The notes under the pieces are model-generated. The model did no database searches. It was not told where the DNA came from and was given only the letters and a program-made list of their open reading frames with translations. From Vicugna vicugna (lineage: Eukaryota): a DNA stretch of 64,000 nt. Each line of letters opens with the position of its first letter. The stretch's first letter is position 1. The stretch spans positions 248,001-312,000 of the forward strand of contig MU057398.1 in the NCBI GenBank assembly GCA_013265495.1. Direction: 5' to 3'. Made by a program: the position numbers and the translations under genes. Below, one piece after another: positions 37,773 through 51,475 of this stretch.

Positions 37773-40700
37773 TGGATTATTTAAAATCAATTCAGGATGT
37801 AAATCCCTCAGAATGGGTCAGGAGTTGGGTGTTGGGGAGGAGGAGGGGAGCCATCAAGGAGTTGTCTCAGTTTGGGGCAGCTGGAGGGAAAGGTCTGGAC
37901 AGCCATTAGAGGGGCTATGGTCACCCAAGGAGAAGGTGGCAGGTGGCGGGTGGAAAGAATGGCCTGGCAGAAGCCAGCTGCGATCCCCTCCTGAGATGTT
38001 CTCAGAATGTTCTCCCACCCCAGACTTAGCCTGCAGTTTTCTCCTTGGACCTAGCATCAGAGGACCAGGCCCTCGTCTGTCTCCATCTCTAAAGACCCCT
38101 GGGTCAAAGCTGGAAGGAATCCCAGTGAGTTGGATGGCAGCCTGCCCCCTGAGCCCGGTGTGTTGGCCACAGCCTGCCACTAGGGGGCAGGGTCGCCTGC
38201 ACCAAAGACCACACAGCTGGACTGCGTGTGCGCGCTCGCAGGCACATTGGGGGCTTGCTTCATGTTGGGTTGAAGGACCTCGACTCTCTTCCCCGACCAT
38301 GTCAGAGCCTCCTCCCCGTGGTCAGGGCAGCTCAAAAGTTCCTCTCTGCTGGAAACAGAGAAACAGGCTCTCAGAACAGGAAGAGGTCACACAGTGAGGG
38401 GGACCCCTCAGTGGGTCCCGGTTCCACCCCAGTCACACCCAAAGCATCCATCTGCTCCTGTTCAGGCAGAAGAAGGGATCTGATTGGGTGCTAGAGATTG
38501 AGTCTTGTGGCAGCACAAATGGCCTTGAAGATTGGGACCAGGAGTTGAGTCTCCTTCAGAGAAAGAAGGTGAACAGGTCACTTAACCAACACCGCCCCCA
38601 ACTCAGGCCCAGCATCCTAAAGCCAGCTCTCCAGAATTGAAATTCACATCAAAATGCAGAACTAGTGAATAACTGGGCTCAGGTCCCAGAAATAGGCTGC
38701 CCTTTCTACGGGGTGACGGGAAGATCCTCCCTGCTTCCTGTTGCCATGGTTTCCACTCGGCTACCAGGCAGCCTGCACGGTGGAAGCCATTTCCCGCAAT
38801 GGGATGCTGGCTCTGCCTGGATGTGTAGCTGTGGCAGCCAAAAGAGAGCAAGATGGTGAAAAAAAAAACCCTAGTTCCAGAGACCCCCGCACCCCCTGGC
38901 CAGAGAGTAAACATCAGGGTGTTATGTACTCCTTGAGCACGCAGATCAAGAGGCCTTGAAGAAAGACTACACAGGAAAAAATTGAAAATGCTGAAGTCAA
39001 CACATGCTTGGGCAGAAGGTGCCATTTATTTGGACCCTGAGCATGGGTTCTTGGGACGGAGGAGCCCATTTTTCTTTTGGCCCAGAGCATAGTGAGAGAG
39101 GAGAACCTCTCAGCTGTCCTCCCCACGAAGGGGCGTCTTGGGGGTCCCCAGCATGCACAGCACAACAGACTCTGCAGTCCCATTCTTTTGTGCCCTGCCC
39201 TGTAGAACCTAGGAAATTGATAGCAGATCTGAGCTTGGGGCCCCATGGGCTGCAGATTCCCTGCTGGGCCCAATCTGTTCTCCATGGGCCCGAGGGTCCC
39301 CTGCAGGCCCGCCCACCCTTGGCAGCCCACCACCCTCCCGGGAGAGCAGACAAGGCTCTGAGCCCCTCTGGTTTCCAAACCTGCGGGCAGCCACTGTGCC
39401 AACTCAGGGACCCTCTCTGGCCCCCATAGCCTCAGTTATGGGAAGGACCGTAGTCAACCTGGCTCAGCTTTCAGAGATCTGAACCCCGAGCCCCTCCAGC
39501 CCCCAGGCCCCCGTCCTGGCTGCCTTTTGGGGAAGGCTCCTGGCCCCGTGTGCAGTGCTGCTCCCTGCTCTGCCGTGGGCTGGCCCCATCTGAGGGGAGA
39601 GGTGAGGAGGCCGCCCCAAGGCCAGGCCTGAGGCTGGGCCCACAGAGCCCCAGCACAGGAATCATGTCTAGGCTGGCAGCCCCTCTGGCACTTCCTGGGG
39701 CTCTGTCCACCATTCCAGACCTCCCCACACAACCCTCCCCACCCCCCCACCGCCCGCTGGCTGCTGTAACTCAGATAGGGTCTGTTTATGCTAGTCACGG
39801 TGTGTTCTGGCGCCTCCCCTCACCCACACCCCCACCCCCTCACCCTCCGACCATTAACTTTTCTGATCCTTTGGGGCAATTAACATTCAGCCCAGACTCA
39901 CGCCCCATTTGAAGCTCTCCATCCCTATCCCCAGGACTGGAATGGACCGGAATGGACACAGAGTGCTCTGACCTCCCCTCCCCTCCCAACACCCCTCCTG
40001 GGGCTGGGGCCAGCCAGCCTGGTCTGGTGCCGAGGCCCAAGGTCAAGCCAAGTGGGGTGGTTGGGGGCTGCTCCATCTCCACCTGTGGCTGCTGTGGGTG
40101 GAGGGGGGGGTGTCACTCCTATCCCAGGGTTGACTCAGCCCCTCCTGGATCAGGACTCTTTGGGGCTGGCCAGCCTTGTCCTCTATGGACCCCACATGTG
40201 TCCACAGCCCCCTCTCCAGGTGGGTTCCCCCTCACCACACCTCCTTGGCCTTCTGGTCCCCAAGCTTCCTGATCCCAAGGCAGAGGAGACCTGGGGTACA
40301 AGTGCCCTATCCTCTCCTTCTCAGCAGACACCCTCCATCCCTCCTGGCCCAGCTGGGCAGCTCTCCACCCAGCCTCCCACCTCCAGAAACCCCAGTGAGT
40401 CCAGTGTGCACCCTCATTCCTGGGGCCACGCCCCCAGCTCTCCCAGGGCTCACTTCCTGCTTAGGAGGCAGCCAGGAGAGAGTGGGGATCCTTCCCCCCA
40501 AGCCACGCTCTGTGAGCCGTCTCCTCCTGGGGCTAGGGGCTACCCTCCCTCATTAAACCATTAAAAGCTTCTGTGTGAGGGAGCAGGGAGGCAAAAAGAG
40601 GGGCACAGGCCTTGCCGTCCGAAGACGGTGGAGGCTCATGTTGGGGGGTACAGGGTCCTCAAGGGGAGGGTGCTGATGGAGAGAAGGATCTAGAAATCTG

Positions 40701-42239
40701 AGTGGAGCTGAGGGAAGGGCAGAAGCTAGTCAAATCATAGGGAGGAAGGGAGGCTGCATTTGGAAGCTCCTTTGAGGCTGGAGACGCCCCCTACCCAGCT
40801 CGAGGGGCAGCGGGCTGGGTCTGCATCTATGTCAGGCCTGATTTTCTCCCAACTTTTTGGCATTTTAAGATTTTTTTAAAGAGAAATAACAAAGGATTCC
40901 TCTAAGGGCAGCTCGCTTTAATCTGTGTTTCTAAAGCAGTTAAAGCGAGTCTCCAGGCCAGCTCCATAGTAAACAGTGACTGGATTAACCCGCTTACCCC
41001 TCACCTATCTGAAGGACACACCACTGTCACCCCATTGTACCAAGAGGGAGGCTGGTGTGACCTGCCCAGGGTCACAGGCCAGGGACAGCAGAGCCGCTGG
41101 GTCCAGGCTCATCCTTCTCTGCTGTCCCTTCTCTGGAGTCCTTTAAGGACTTTTTGGCCTTTTGATACAAAGAGTTTTTCCTAAGGTTGTTCTGTCCTAG
41201 GAATAAGGGTGTTTTATTAAGATATTTGATACTTCACTTCGTGTCTCCTGTTCTGGTTTCCCTTTGTGAATTGAATACAGTGACACATACCCGCAGCCGA
41301 GGGCAGGACCTCACTGCCCAACTTGCCCTTTCACTGGGTAGAACCGGGCAAGCAGCGGCAGGGCCACCGTGTGTGTCACCCGGCACGTGCCCAGCTGCCC
41401 CCAGAGCCCAGCCAGAGGGAGGCAGTGCCAAGTCCAAGGGCAAATGCACAGCTCTAGGAAATGCATGTCTGCTTTTGAAAGAAGAAGAAAAAGCCCCCAG
41501 GAGAGCCAAGCAATCTTTGGAAACACACCACAGAGACAGAAGGGCCGTCGGTGAATTGGTTTCAAAATGCTTAATTTTTGTTAATTAGGCAAATTGATCA
41601 TTAGAGAACTGATTAAGCTGGAGCCACTGTTGGAATAAAAGGTGAAAATAAACTCCTTCATTTGAATTCCAAATTCGTGCTTGGAGGTGACCTGGTAATT
41701 AGGCCAACCGGTGAACTGGTTGTTAGGCAAACTGGCTGTGGATGGGGGTGGCGAACAAATCCGGTGGGCGGAGGTAACCTTGAGCCTTCTCTCCTTGCAG
41801 AGCAGCCAGTGTTCCTCGCCCTCGACGGGGGGGGACGGGGCCTGGAGCAGGATCTCAGAGGGCCTCTGCTGTACCGGCTGGTGCTAGTTACAGGATCAAG
41901 ATGTGGGCGGGGGACCAGCAGGTGCGGAGCATTGGAGCTGCCATTTACCAGTGGGAGCAGAAGTATTTCAGCACTTTAAGCACGGGTACCCACCAGCCCG
42001 GGGTTCCAACTGGCCTGACCAAGGCCTCAGAGTCAGAGCACCGGGCCCTCCAGCTCCCTGGCGAGGCAATGATGCAGACAGGTTTCAGGCCAACACAGGA
42101 TCATGGTGTCTCACCACAGGTAATTCAGCTGAACTATTCATGTTTAAAACTGTTTCTGTTAGGTATGAAGAAGACACAAGAGAATATTTACAAAATACGT
42201 GTGAGTAGGAAGACCACCACCACGAGCCCCTGCGTGCTC

Positions 42240-43265
42240 ACTGCTCAGCTTGCAGAAAAGAAAAGTGACGTTGCCCATGAGGGACTCTCACATCCCTGCC
42301 CCGTCCGCTTCAGAGGTGGCCTCTTTCTTGAATTTGGCATTTATCACCCCCGGGTTCTTTATAGTTTCGCCACCTCTGTGTGCATCCCTGAATGACATAT
42401 TGTTTCCTTCTGCCTGATTCCAACTTTATATAAATGAAATCGTGCTGTGTGTATTCTTCTGCAAGCTACTTTTTCATTGAATATTGGAATTCCAAGTCTC
42501 ACCCATGGTGCTCCGTAAGAGCTGGGGTCCCTTCATCCTCTGAGCATTCTATTCTGTTGCGGGACTGACTTCCATCCATTTAGACCCATTGCCAGCTTGA
42601 TGAATGCTGGGGTTGATTTCACTTCTCATGCTGTTACAAAGATGGTTGCTCTGTATGTTTGTGGCCATGTGCCCTGATGCCCAGCACAGGTGTCTCCAGT
42701 GATCACATGCAGGGGGAGGTCCCTGGACCACAGAAGCACGCATCCTCCACCCTGCTAAGGAAGGACAAATCACTTTTCCAAGGGTTGCACCGATTCTCAG
42801 GTCTACCTGCACGCAATATCTGAGTTTTCTTGTGGTTCCACAGGCTTGCCAACATCTGATGTTATCAGACTTCATTTTCCACGTGGAGAACCAACTGTCC
42901 GAGCATCGCTCACTAGAAAACATCTCCTTTCTCCACTGACCTACAGTGTGAGCTTCGTCACACATTGAATTTCTCCACGAGCCTTGTGTGCTTCCACATT
43001 CTCTCGTCTGCCCCACTAGACTGTGTGTCCCTCTCTTTGCTGACAGCACACCATCGCAGATGCAGGACCTCTAGGACAAGTCTCAGAACCTGCCAAAGCA
43101 CAGCCTCACCTCTTTCTGTCTTAGCTATTCCTGGCCATTTGCTTCTCCACATCCATCTGAGAAATACCTTGTACAGCTCCATTTTTAAAATGGTATTTAG
43201 ATTACAACTGTATTCAATCTATAAATCAAATGGGAAAGGACTGGCATATTCAAAACATTGATTTT
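42240..43265 (-). mobile_element. Degraded antisense L1M fragment(s)
   Basis: caactttatataaatgaaatcgtgctgtgtgtattcttctgc; ttttccaagggttgcaccgatt; gctattcctggccatttgcttctccacat; tattcaatctataaatcaaatggga. Confidence 0.7.
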
Positions 43266-43866
43266 TTTGGAGAATTCTGGGTAGCTAAAGTAATGGCAGC
43301 TATATAAATCTCAACATCACTTCCAAACAAAAAATCAATTTAAAATTGAAAAACAAGAACAAATAAAACCAACTAAAACCCATGCCTTCACCAATGTCCA
43401 CAAGTGCCCTCAAGGCGAAAGTGTTCTGTTTACTTCTCTAGGTTGCAGTCTTGATTTAATTTTTGGACTCTGGAATTTCTTACTTTTTCTCCATCTAACT
43501 GGCTCACTTAAAAGGATGATTTTTAAGTCTTTCATTCAGCAATTTTAGCTATTTTCATCAGAAAGGTCACTTAGAGCATCTAGTGTATAATACTGAAAGA
43601 AACAAAATCAACTTGTACCTTTTTAAAGGTCATAAAACTTCCATGCACACAGACGTAAAAATGGCTTCCTTCTTGGTTTTCTGACTACAAAAATCTGAAT
43701 ACATTCATCTAAGATTAATTTCTTCTTCTATCACTCTTGGTTTTTCATTGAGAGGGCAGCCTTGTGTTTTTCTTTCATAGTTTAGCAATAATAATAATAA
43801 TAGTATGTCATGAAATGGCTGCCCCCCCACTAGATAAGGACAGAGACCATATTTCTTTGGTTTTCT

Positions 43867-44003
43867 TTTATTTTGAATTTGTTTGGGAGGAGGTAATTAG
43901 GTTTGTTTATTTATTTATTTGATGGAGGTACTGGGGATTGAACCCAGAACCTCATGCATGTTATGTTAGGCATATACTCTACCCCTGAGCTACACCCTCC
44001 CCA
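43867..44003 (-). mobile_element. Vic-1-like tRNA-derived SINE
   Basis: aggtaattaggtttgtttatttatttatttgatggaggtactggggattgaacccagaacctcatgcatg...tgagctacaccctcccc; short direct repeat TGGTTTTCT at 43858 and 44006. Confidence 0.85.
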
Positions 44004-44019
44004 ACTGGTTTTCTCCTCT

Positions 44020-44490
44020 GTCAGTTAGGATTAGGTTCAGTTACGCATATGAGAGAAAACTCGGAATAATGGTGGCTTAACCAAGGGAGACATTTATTTG
44101 TCTTGTACATTAATGAAGTCCAGAGGTAAAACATTCTGGACTAGTATGGATATTCCAAAAAATCATTAGAGATCAAGACTCCTTCCAGATCACTCCAACT
44201 CACTGCTTTATAATTCCTCGGGTGTGGCCTTTATTGCCTTGATCCAAGATGGTAGCCAGAGCTCCAGCCATAACACAAGAATGGAGATGAGGGAGAAAAC
44301 AGAGGAAGGGGTGAACAAGGAGAATCCCAGCACTTCTGGGAACAAAGAGTTTCCCAGAAGGAGTTAGACAAGACTCCCAGTTAAATCTCGCTGACCAGAA
44401 CTGGTCATGTGACCGCACCCAGTTGTGAAGGAGGTTCGGCAATGTAGTCTGTATTCAGACAGCCAAGGGCGCAGCTAAGGATCTGTTACC
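44020..44490. mobile_element. Old MLT1-like LTR
   Basis: tgtcagttaggattaggttcag...ggtggcttaaccaag...tccaagatggtagccagagctccagcca...gaccagaactggtcatgtgaccgcacccag. Confidence 0.7.
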
Positions 44491-45049
44491 AGAGAGGAAT
44501 GGGCGAACAGGCACTCGGGAAGCAAGCAGCAGTCTCCACCATGATCACTGCATCCAGAGAGCCTGACCCCGCATCTGAAATAACGAAAGAAGCTGGGAGT
44601 CCTACAGACTGGTCAAGGATTGGTATTTGTCAGTAACAGCAAAGCACTGGCAACGACTCCATCGTCTGTCACTCCAGCCTAGTTGAGTCAGCTGGATAAA
44701 GGGATGAGGAAGAGCTCCAAGCACCACCTACCCCCAGGATGTCTCCAGGAACATAATGATGTGTCCAAAAGCAAGGCAGAGAACAATATGCTACCTTTTG
44801 TAGGATAAACATGAGGCGATAACTATACAGGTATTGTTTCATGAAAATGTTCTGTGTCATTTAAAAAAATAAAAAAAAACCAGAGCAATCCCAGAGAATC
44901 AAAACCAAACAGAAACAAATGAACATAACCATGTCAAGGTGGTGGCGTAGCTGTATGAAGAAGTATTTCATGTGTCTTGAAAACATGATATTTTGATTGT
45001 ACATACCTAAAGGGATATAGCTTAGGGTAAAAAGAACTGCGAGGAAGTG

Positions 45050-46020
45050 GTAACTGTATTCATCAGTGCCTAGTGTGGTCTCTGTGAATACCATTTCCTT
45101 CTTGAAGGAACGGGGACTCCTTGGAGAAATGTGCCAATCTAGGTCCAGAGCAGGAAATGTACAAGATGGCCCCAGGATATCCCACTGCGGCAGGAAGCCC
45201 TCAGGCCACTAGGACTGTATCAGGGGGACATGATCATCTATGGCTACTAAAACCATTGGGTGGAAATTAGCAGGCTCCGGTGACCCCATCTGCGCCTACC
45301 GATCCAGCTTAACTTTGCAAGTTGGCAACTGGACAAGCCCCACCTGAGGAGTCGTCTTAGCCACAAAATTTAACCTGAATCTGATCACGTCTATTGCTCT
45401 ACCTATTTGTAAGAAGTGCAGGGGACAAAAGAACATGGTAGACATCAGCAGGATGCCATCAGCCACATCCAGCCTGTAAGGAATGCTTCGGAAAGAAGGA
45501 CTTGGCTTTTTCGATAAATAGATGGCACGGAAGAGGGTGGAAGGAGCTGTTCTGGATTTTAAAAGACCTAAGAGGCAAATCAACCCCACACTAAGTATGC
45601 ACTTTGTCAGCACTCGGAGCTGAACAAACCAGCCATCAGAAGGCATCTTTGAGATAATCAAGGAAAGTGTGACATTACTAGGTGACATTAAGGACTATTG
45701 CTAATATCGATCATTAGGTGTGATAATGATTTGTGACATTGTCTTTACAAGCCCTTATCTGTTAGAAATTCATAGGTACGTCTTTATCTGTGAAATGACG
45801 TGATGTCTAGCATTTATTTCCAAATGCCCCAGATGCAAAGCACTGTGGGATCCTGGATGTGATCCTGGAACAGAAAAGGACATGAGTAGAAAAACTGGGG
45901 AAATCTGAATGAAGTCTGGAGTTTAGTTCTGGTATTGTTCCAATGTTCACTTCTCAGTTTTGACAAACATAACTTGGAAAGGCCAGGCGTTCACATGGGG
46001 AGAAGCTCCACAGTACAACA
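45050..46020 (+). mobile_element. Old L1 (L1MC/MD-like) 3' region
   Basis: ggactccttggagaaatg...aaaatttaacctgaatctgatca...gatcctggaacagaaaaggacatgagtagaaaaactggggaaatctgaatgaagtctg. Confidence 0.65.
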
Positions 46021-46052
46021 GCAAACAATCTACTTTGAAAATGGACAGAAGC

Positions 46053-46188
46053 GGGGAGGGTACAGCCCAAGTGGTAGAGCGCATGCTTAGCATGCATGAG
46101 GTCCTGGGCTCAGTCCCCCGTACCGCCATTACATACACACATACATAAATAAATAAATAAACTTAATTACCTCTCTCTCCCCCCAAAA
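46053..46188 (+). mobile_element. Vic-1-like tRNA-derived SINE
   Basis: ggggagggtacagcccaagtggtagagcgcatgcttagcatgcatgaggtcctgggctcagtccccc with A/B-box-like head, (TAAA)n and aattacctc..ccccaaaa tail. Confidence 0.88.
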
Positions 46189-46306
46189 TAGTGACAATGG
46201 CCAACACTGTTGAGGATGTAGAGAAACTGGGTCCCTCAGCCCTTGCTGGTGGGCATGTAAAATGGGACAGCCACTCCAGAAAACACATCTATAAAGAGGT
46301 AGCACA

Positions 46307-46655
46307 GGGGAGAAAAAGCCACAAACGAACTTATTAACAAAACGGAAACAGACTCACAGACTTAGAAAACAAACTTACGGTTACCGGTGGTGGGGGGGAA
46401 AGGGAGTGGGAAGGGACAAATTAGGAGCTCGAGATTTGTAGATGTCAACTAATATATATAAAATAGATAAACAACAACTTTCTACTGTTTAGCACAGGGA
46501 ACTATATTCAATATCTTATAATAATCTATGATGAAAAAGAATATGAAAAGGAATATATGTATGCATATATATGACTGAAACATGATGCTGTACATCAGAA
46601 ATTGACACAGCATTGTAAACTGGCTAGACTTCAATAAAAAATGTTTTTTAAATAA
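46307..46655 (+). mobile_element. Relatively young 5'-truncated L1 3' end (cetartiodactyl type)
   Basis: aaacagactcacagacttagaaaacaaacttacggttacc...tagcacagggaactatattcaatatctt...cttcaataaaaaa; TSD AAAGAGGTA(G/A)CACA at 46293-46306 and 46656-46669. Confidence 0.88.
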
Positions 46656-48129
46656 AAAGAGGTAACACAAGGATCTGAGTGGTGATTTGTGGAGGGGGGC
46701 ACCAGCTTTGCTTTGCAACTTCCTGTGAATCGAATTATTTCAAAATAATCAATTCCCCAAAATCTTCCCGGAAGGGTATAAATGAAAAAATACCAGCAAA
46801 TTGTTGATGACTGTTGACACTGGCTGATCAGTCCCTGAGGTTTCATTAACGATTCTCTCTCCCTTTGCTCATGGTTGACATTTCCCACCGTAAACAGTTT
46901 TCTTAAGAGTCACTGCTAAACCAAGTCTGTTGAATGAATACATGAAGGGTTAATGAGTAACCCAGTGGTAACCTGTGGTTCTATAGATAATGGAAACAAG
47001 ACTTAGGGAGGCAGAGGTCTACTCAAGGCCACACTGAATAGCAGAGGCCAAGCCAGGCATCCAAGCCTCGGCTTCTCAACTCGTCTCAATCTTTTTAAAT
47101 ATATTTGTAATACTTTGCACAAGCAGTACACACACACACGCTTATTGTAAAAAAAAAAAATCGTGGCAGTGTAGGGGGGTATTGACCAGAAACTGAGGGC
47201 TCCCACACAGTGGAGCGAGGGACTGAGGGCTGCAACATGTGGTGGGGGGCTTCCCCAGGAGATGGTAAAGGGACATTCAGGTTGCCCTCTGCGCCCAGGG
47301 ACAGGGCGTAGGCAGTTTGAGAGCCTGCAGCCAGTCTGACAGCCTGCAGCCAGTCAGAGGGCTCTGCCACAGAGATTTGCTTCAAGATGAAATCCCTTGA
47401 ATGCCTGGTGTGTTTGAATGTCTTGAGAGAACATTTACACACCGGGACGAGTCTAGGGTGGAATTAGTGATAAGTGATGGGAAACAGTAAGCCAAAGGAC
47501 AATTATTAACTCCTGGGAAAACAAAATGCTGGGCAGGAAAGAAAAGCAACCATGGCTTAACCGCGAATGGCATTTACATGGCTGCATAATTTTCAAGGTT
47601 GGGGGATCAGAGGGGGAGGGGAGAGCAGAGTCTTCATCTTGAAAAGAAGCAGGAAGCAGACTGGGGTTGTAAGGGCAAGGGGCCTCCTGCTGGGGCAACC
47701 TCGTGAGCAAAGGTTTGGGGGCAGGACGGAAGAAAGCTTACCAGAAGGTTCTCAAGAGACGGCTGATCCCTCTTGCAAAATGCTCAAGGGTTCAAAGGAC
47801 CTTCCCTTGGCTCTGCACGCTGCCCCCACCCTTGCATCTCCGGGACCCATTCTGCCCTTCACTCCCCCCTGTCCCTCCCTATGGCCTGTCCTTGCTCCCA
47901 TCTGGCCCTCTCTCAGTCACACATGGAGATCTCTCAGGCTGCAAGCTGTGCACGTGCCCAGCTGCAGACACACTCAGGCCCCTCTGGGGAGGGAACTCCT
48001 GTCTGGCTACATGCTGGATAAGGGCTGGGTGACAGCCCCTTGTAGAGAGGAACACAGGCTGGCGGGGGCCACCCAGGAACTCCCATAAGCTGCTGTCCTC
48101 AGAAGTGGGCTGCCTGTGAGTGTGCCGCA

Positions 48130-48510
48130 CTGTGAGGGTGGTGGCCCCCCAAAGATATGTCCACATCCCGGACCCTGTGAATGTGACCCAGTGAGGACCA
48201 AGGGTCTTTGCAGATGTCACGAGGTGAAGGATCTGGAGAGGAGGTCATCCTGGATTACGAGGGTGGGCTCAAAATCCAGTGACAAGTGTCATTATAAAAG
48301 ACAAGGGAAACAGAAAGCAGGTCATCTGAAGACAGGGTGGTGTCTATAGGCCAAGGATGCCTGGAGGCCCCACGAGCTGGAAAAAGCAGGAAGGACCCCT
48401 CGTCAAGCCTCCGGGAACCACCTCCCAGCACCTTGATTTCCGACCTCTGGCCTCCAGAGCCATGAGAGGTGACCTGTGTGCTGTTTGAAGCCCCCAGTCT
48501 CATGCTAATC
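48130..48510. mobile_element. MLT1-like LTR
   Basis: ggccccccaaagatatgtccacatccc...tgtgaatgtgacc...gggtctttgcagatgt...caccttgatttccgacctctggcctccaga. Confidence 0.8.
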
Positions 48511-51475
48511 TGCTAGGTGGCCCCAGGACATTGCAATGGGTGGAGGGGGGATGGAGGTGTGAGAAGGAGCCCCTTGAGATGTGGGGAGGGTGAGGACCGC
48601 GGGCCCTGGCAAGCCCACCAGGGATTCACAGAAGGATGCTGCTCCAGACCTGAGGGGACAAGAGCGGTGGCCTTGGTTCAGAAAGTGTCCCAGACCCCAC
48701 ATGCCACCCAGTGAGTTCCTACTGATCATGAGGGCCAGGCCACTGGGAATCAGGGCAAGAGTGCACAAGACCCCCTCTAGCCGCCACTGTCTTGCTCATA
48801 GGCCTCTGTCTACCCACCCCTCTTCCAATGCTGCTCTGGTCAAGGCTGCTGGTGCCCTCCAAAGCTGGTGGCCTTAGCCTTTTCCTTTCTGTCCGCAATG
48901 GCCCTCCTCCCTGTAGGCCTAACGGCCTATCTGTCTGTCTGTCTACAGCTTCAGCCCCATGATCTCTGGGGAGTGACGGTCGTAGCCAAGAGACAGAATG
49001 TCTGTTTAATCTGAGGTACAAGGAGGGGAGATTCCCATGTGGCGGCGGGGTGCTGCAAAGAGCAGGCTGGCCTAGGGGAGCCCAGAGCTTCCAGGCCTGG
49101 ATGGCCTCACAGCTGTTGGGGCACTATCACCCAGGGCCCACTGGTCACCAGAGGGCAGGGCATTGGAGAGTCAGGGACCTGCCACAGCCATGCTGGCTCC
49201 AAGGGGCTCTGGGAGGGTGCCTGGGCTCAGGTCCACCCTGAGCTCTGGGAAACTTGCCTTTTATCTGGGTAACCGACTGGCTCCCTGGCTCTAATGTCAG
49301 CATCTTGACAATAGTCACGTGCTTTTGTTCACTTTTCTGTTAGCACCTAGCGTGGCACATAGCATGTCAGAGGTGCTTTGCTATTGGTGGAAGGAAGGAA
49401 GGAAGGAAGGAGCCCATCATTCCCGCAGAGCAGGGAGCGGAGGGTGGTCTGGGCAGCCCCTGCAATGGGCCCCTGCCACTGAGGCATGGCTCCTGTGCCC
49501 TCTCCCTCTTGGAAGGATGTCCTGGGGATCAGAGCCGTGGTTGACAGGGCCCCAGGTGCAAGGAGCCCATTAGAAACCACGCAGCCTGGCCCCTGGAGAC
49601 ACATCACCAAAGCCACGTTCCGGGTCCTCACTGTCCCTAGATCCAGGTCTCCTCCCCCAAGTCAGGTCTCTGGCCACCTGCCAGGCCACTGACCCCTAAG
49701 CCAATGCTTACCAGGCATGGAGGCCACACTCCAAGGGGCCACGGCCCTATAGGCTGCCAGTCCCGAGGGAGGGGAATGAGCAGGGGTGAAGAGGAGCTGT
49801 GGGGGAAGAGGGGCTGAAGAGACTCCCCTCCCCACCCCGGCACCCCTGGCTGGCCCTCTCCCCATTCAGTCGACTGCCACCCGCAGCTCCGTTCTCCCCT
49901 TGTCTGAGGTTGGCCCAGGACAGGCAGTCGAGGAAGCCACGGTACAGGGGGAGTGGATGCTGGGGACACTGGTCAGACCAGAGGCAGCTGAGGACCTGGA
50001 GGGCAGAGGAGGACCTGGGGGCGCCAGCTCTGCAGCAGGTCCCCGTGACTCCAGCAGGGAAGGGGCCTAGAGAAAGGGTCCAGGGTGCAGTCAAGCCATC
50101 AGTGGTAAGTGAGCGAGCCCCTCCAGGGAAGAAGGGTCCAAGCCAGCAGTGGGAGTCCAGGCCCAAGGAGGCTATGAGCCCACTTCTCAGGGGCAGGAAG
50201 TGGACGCCTCCCCCAGGGCGGTGGAGGGAGAGTAGGGGTCCTCCTCAAAGTCCATACACACACCAGGCAGCTCCGCCAGCAGTCCACACAAGGCCAGCCC
50301 ACTCCATCGCTCCTCTGTTCACTTCCCCTTATTGTGACCAGGGGGCCTGGAACCTTCTTCGAGAGATGCAGCCTTACCCACTGTGGTGGTGATGGTGCCC
50401 CTAGAGAGCTCTGGCCCCCTTCTTCACCAGCCAGGGCCACCGGCTGGCCCTCAGGGGAGCCAAAGCGGAGTTCGGGCTGCTGGGTGGGGGCTGCCCAGGA
50501 GCTTTGAGTTCACATATCAGCCCCTGGTCCCCATGGGACCAGGTCAAAGCTGGTGAGGGTGGGAGGTGTCTGCCAGGGCCACTGGCAGAAATCAGGGTCC
50601 TGGGCTGGGGGCGGTTCCAGATAGTCATTGTCCACCTCCCTCCAGCGTCTGCCCACACAGGGAGGCAAAGTCAAGAGGAAACAAGGTCATAACCAGAGGA
50701 GGAAAATGTGCGTCAGCTCGGTGCAAAAGTCAGATGTGACTGGAGCTGGAGCCTCAAGGGGCGAGCAGGAAGGAAGCCAGGCACACTGAGCCTGCAGCAC
50801 TTGCCCCAGCTGCCTGCAACGTGCTGGGCCTGGCCCAGGCTTGCAGCCAAGTCCCAGATCCGTGGACCCAGCTGCCCACCCACCATCTCACGGGGATGTG
50901 AGGGCACCCCGGGAAGGCCCAATGTCCACTAGCCCAGACCAGCCTCCCTTGCAGGGATCCGTCATGCAAATCTTCCCCATGTCCTCGCCCTCGCTCAGCC
51001 TCTGAGCCATCCCATCCTGCGGTGCCTGGCTCCTGTCTGGCCGCCCATATCCAATGCGAATGCAGCTCCAGGTGCAACGGCTTCCTTCTTCCTCCTGGGT
51101 GCTTCCACTTCTCCCTCCACAGCCTCCCTAGAGCACACGTGCAGGCCTCAAGCCTGGAGACTGGGTGATGGCCATGGGACCCCAAAGCCCTGCTCCCGTT
51201 AGTACAAATGCAGGCTGTTTGGGGGTTTCTGAAAGGCTCTGGCCTTGTACCCTCCCCCAGCAGGCCCACCCCACCATACTCCATCAAGGACCAGGCTTAC
51301 TGGGCCCCGTCCTGCCCTACCTTGCCCAGCTTCCCCTCACCCACCCCTTGGAAGGTACGGAGAGCCAGGAGCCAGCACAAGAGGGGACCAGGGAGGGGGC
51401 TGGCCCGAGGCAGCTAGCTAAAATTGGCATCCCAAAGACAAATGTGTCCGCTTTCCACTCAGCAGAGGTAAAGAC

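Noticed and set aside
46053..46125. Possible tRNA gene
   Set aside because: A/B-box-like head is followed by a SINE tail, the B box is degenerate, and related copies occur nearby.
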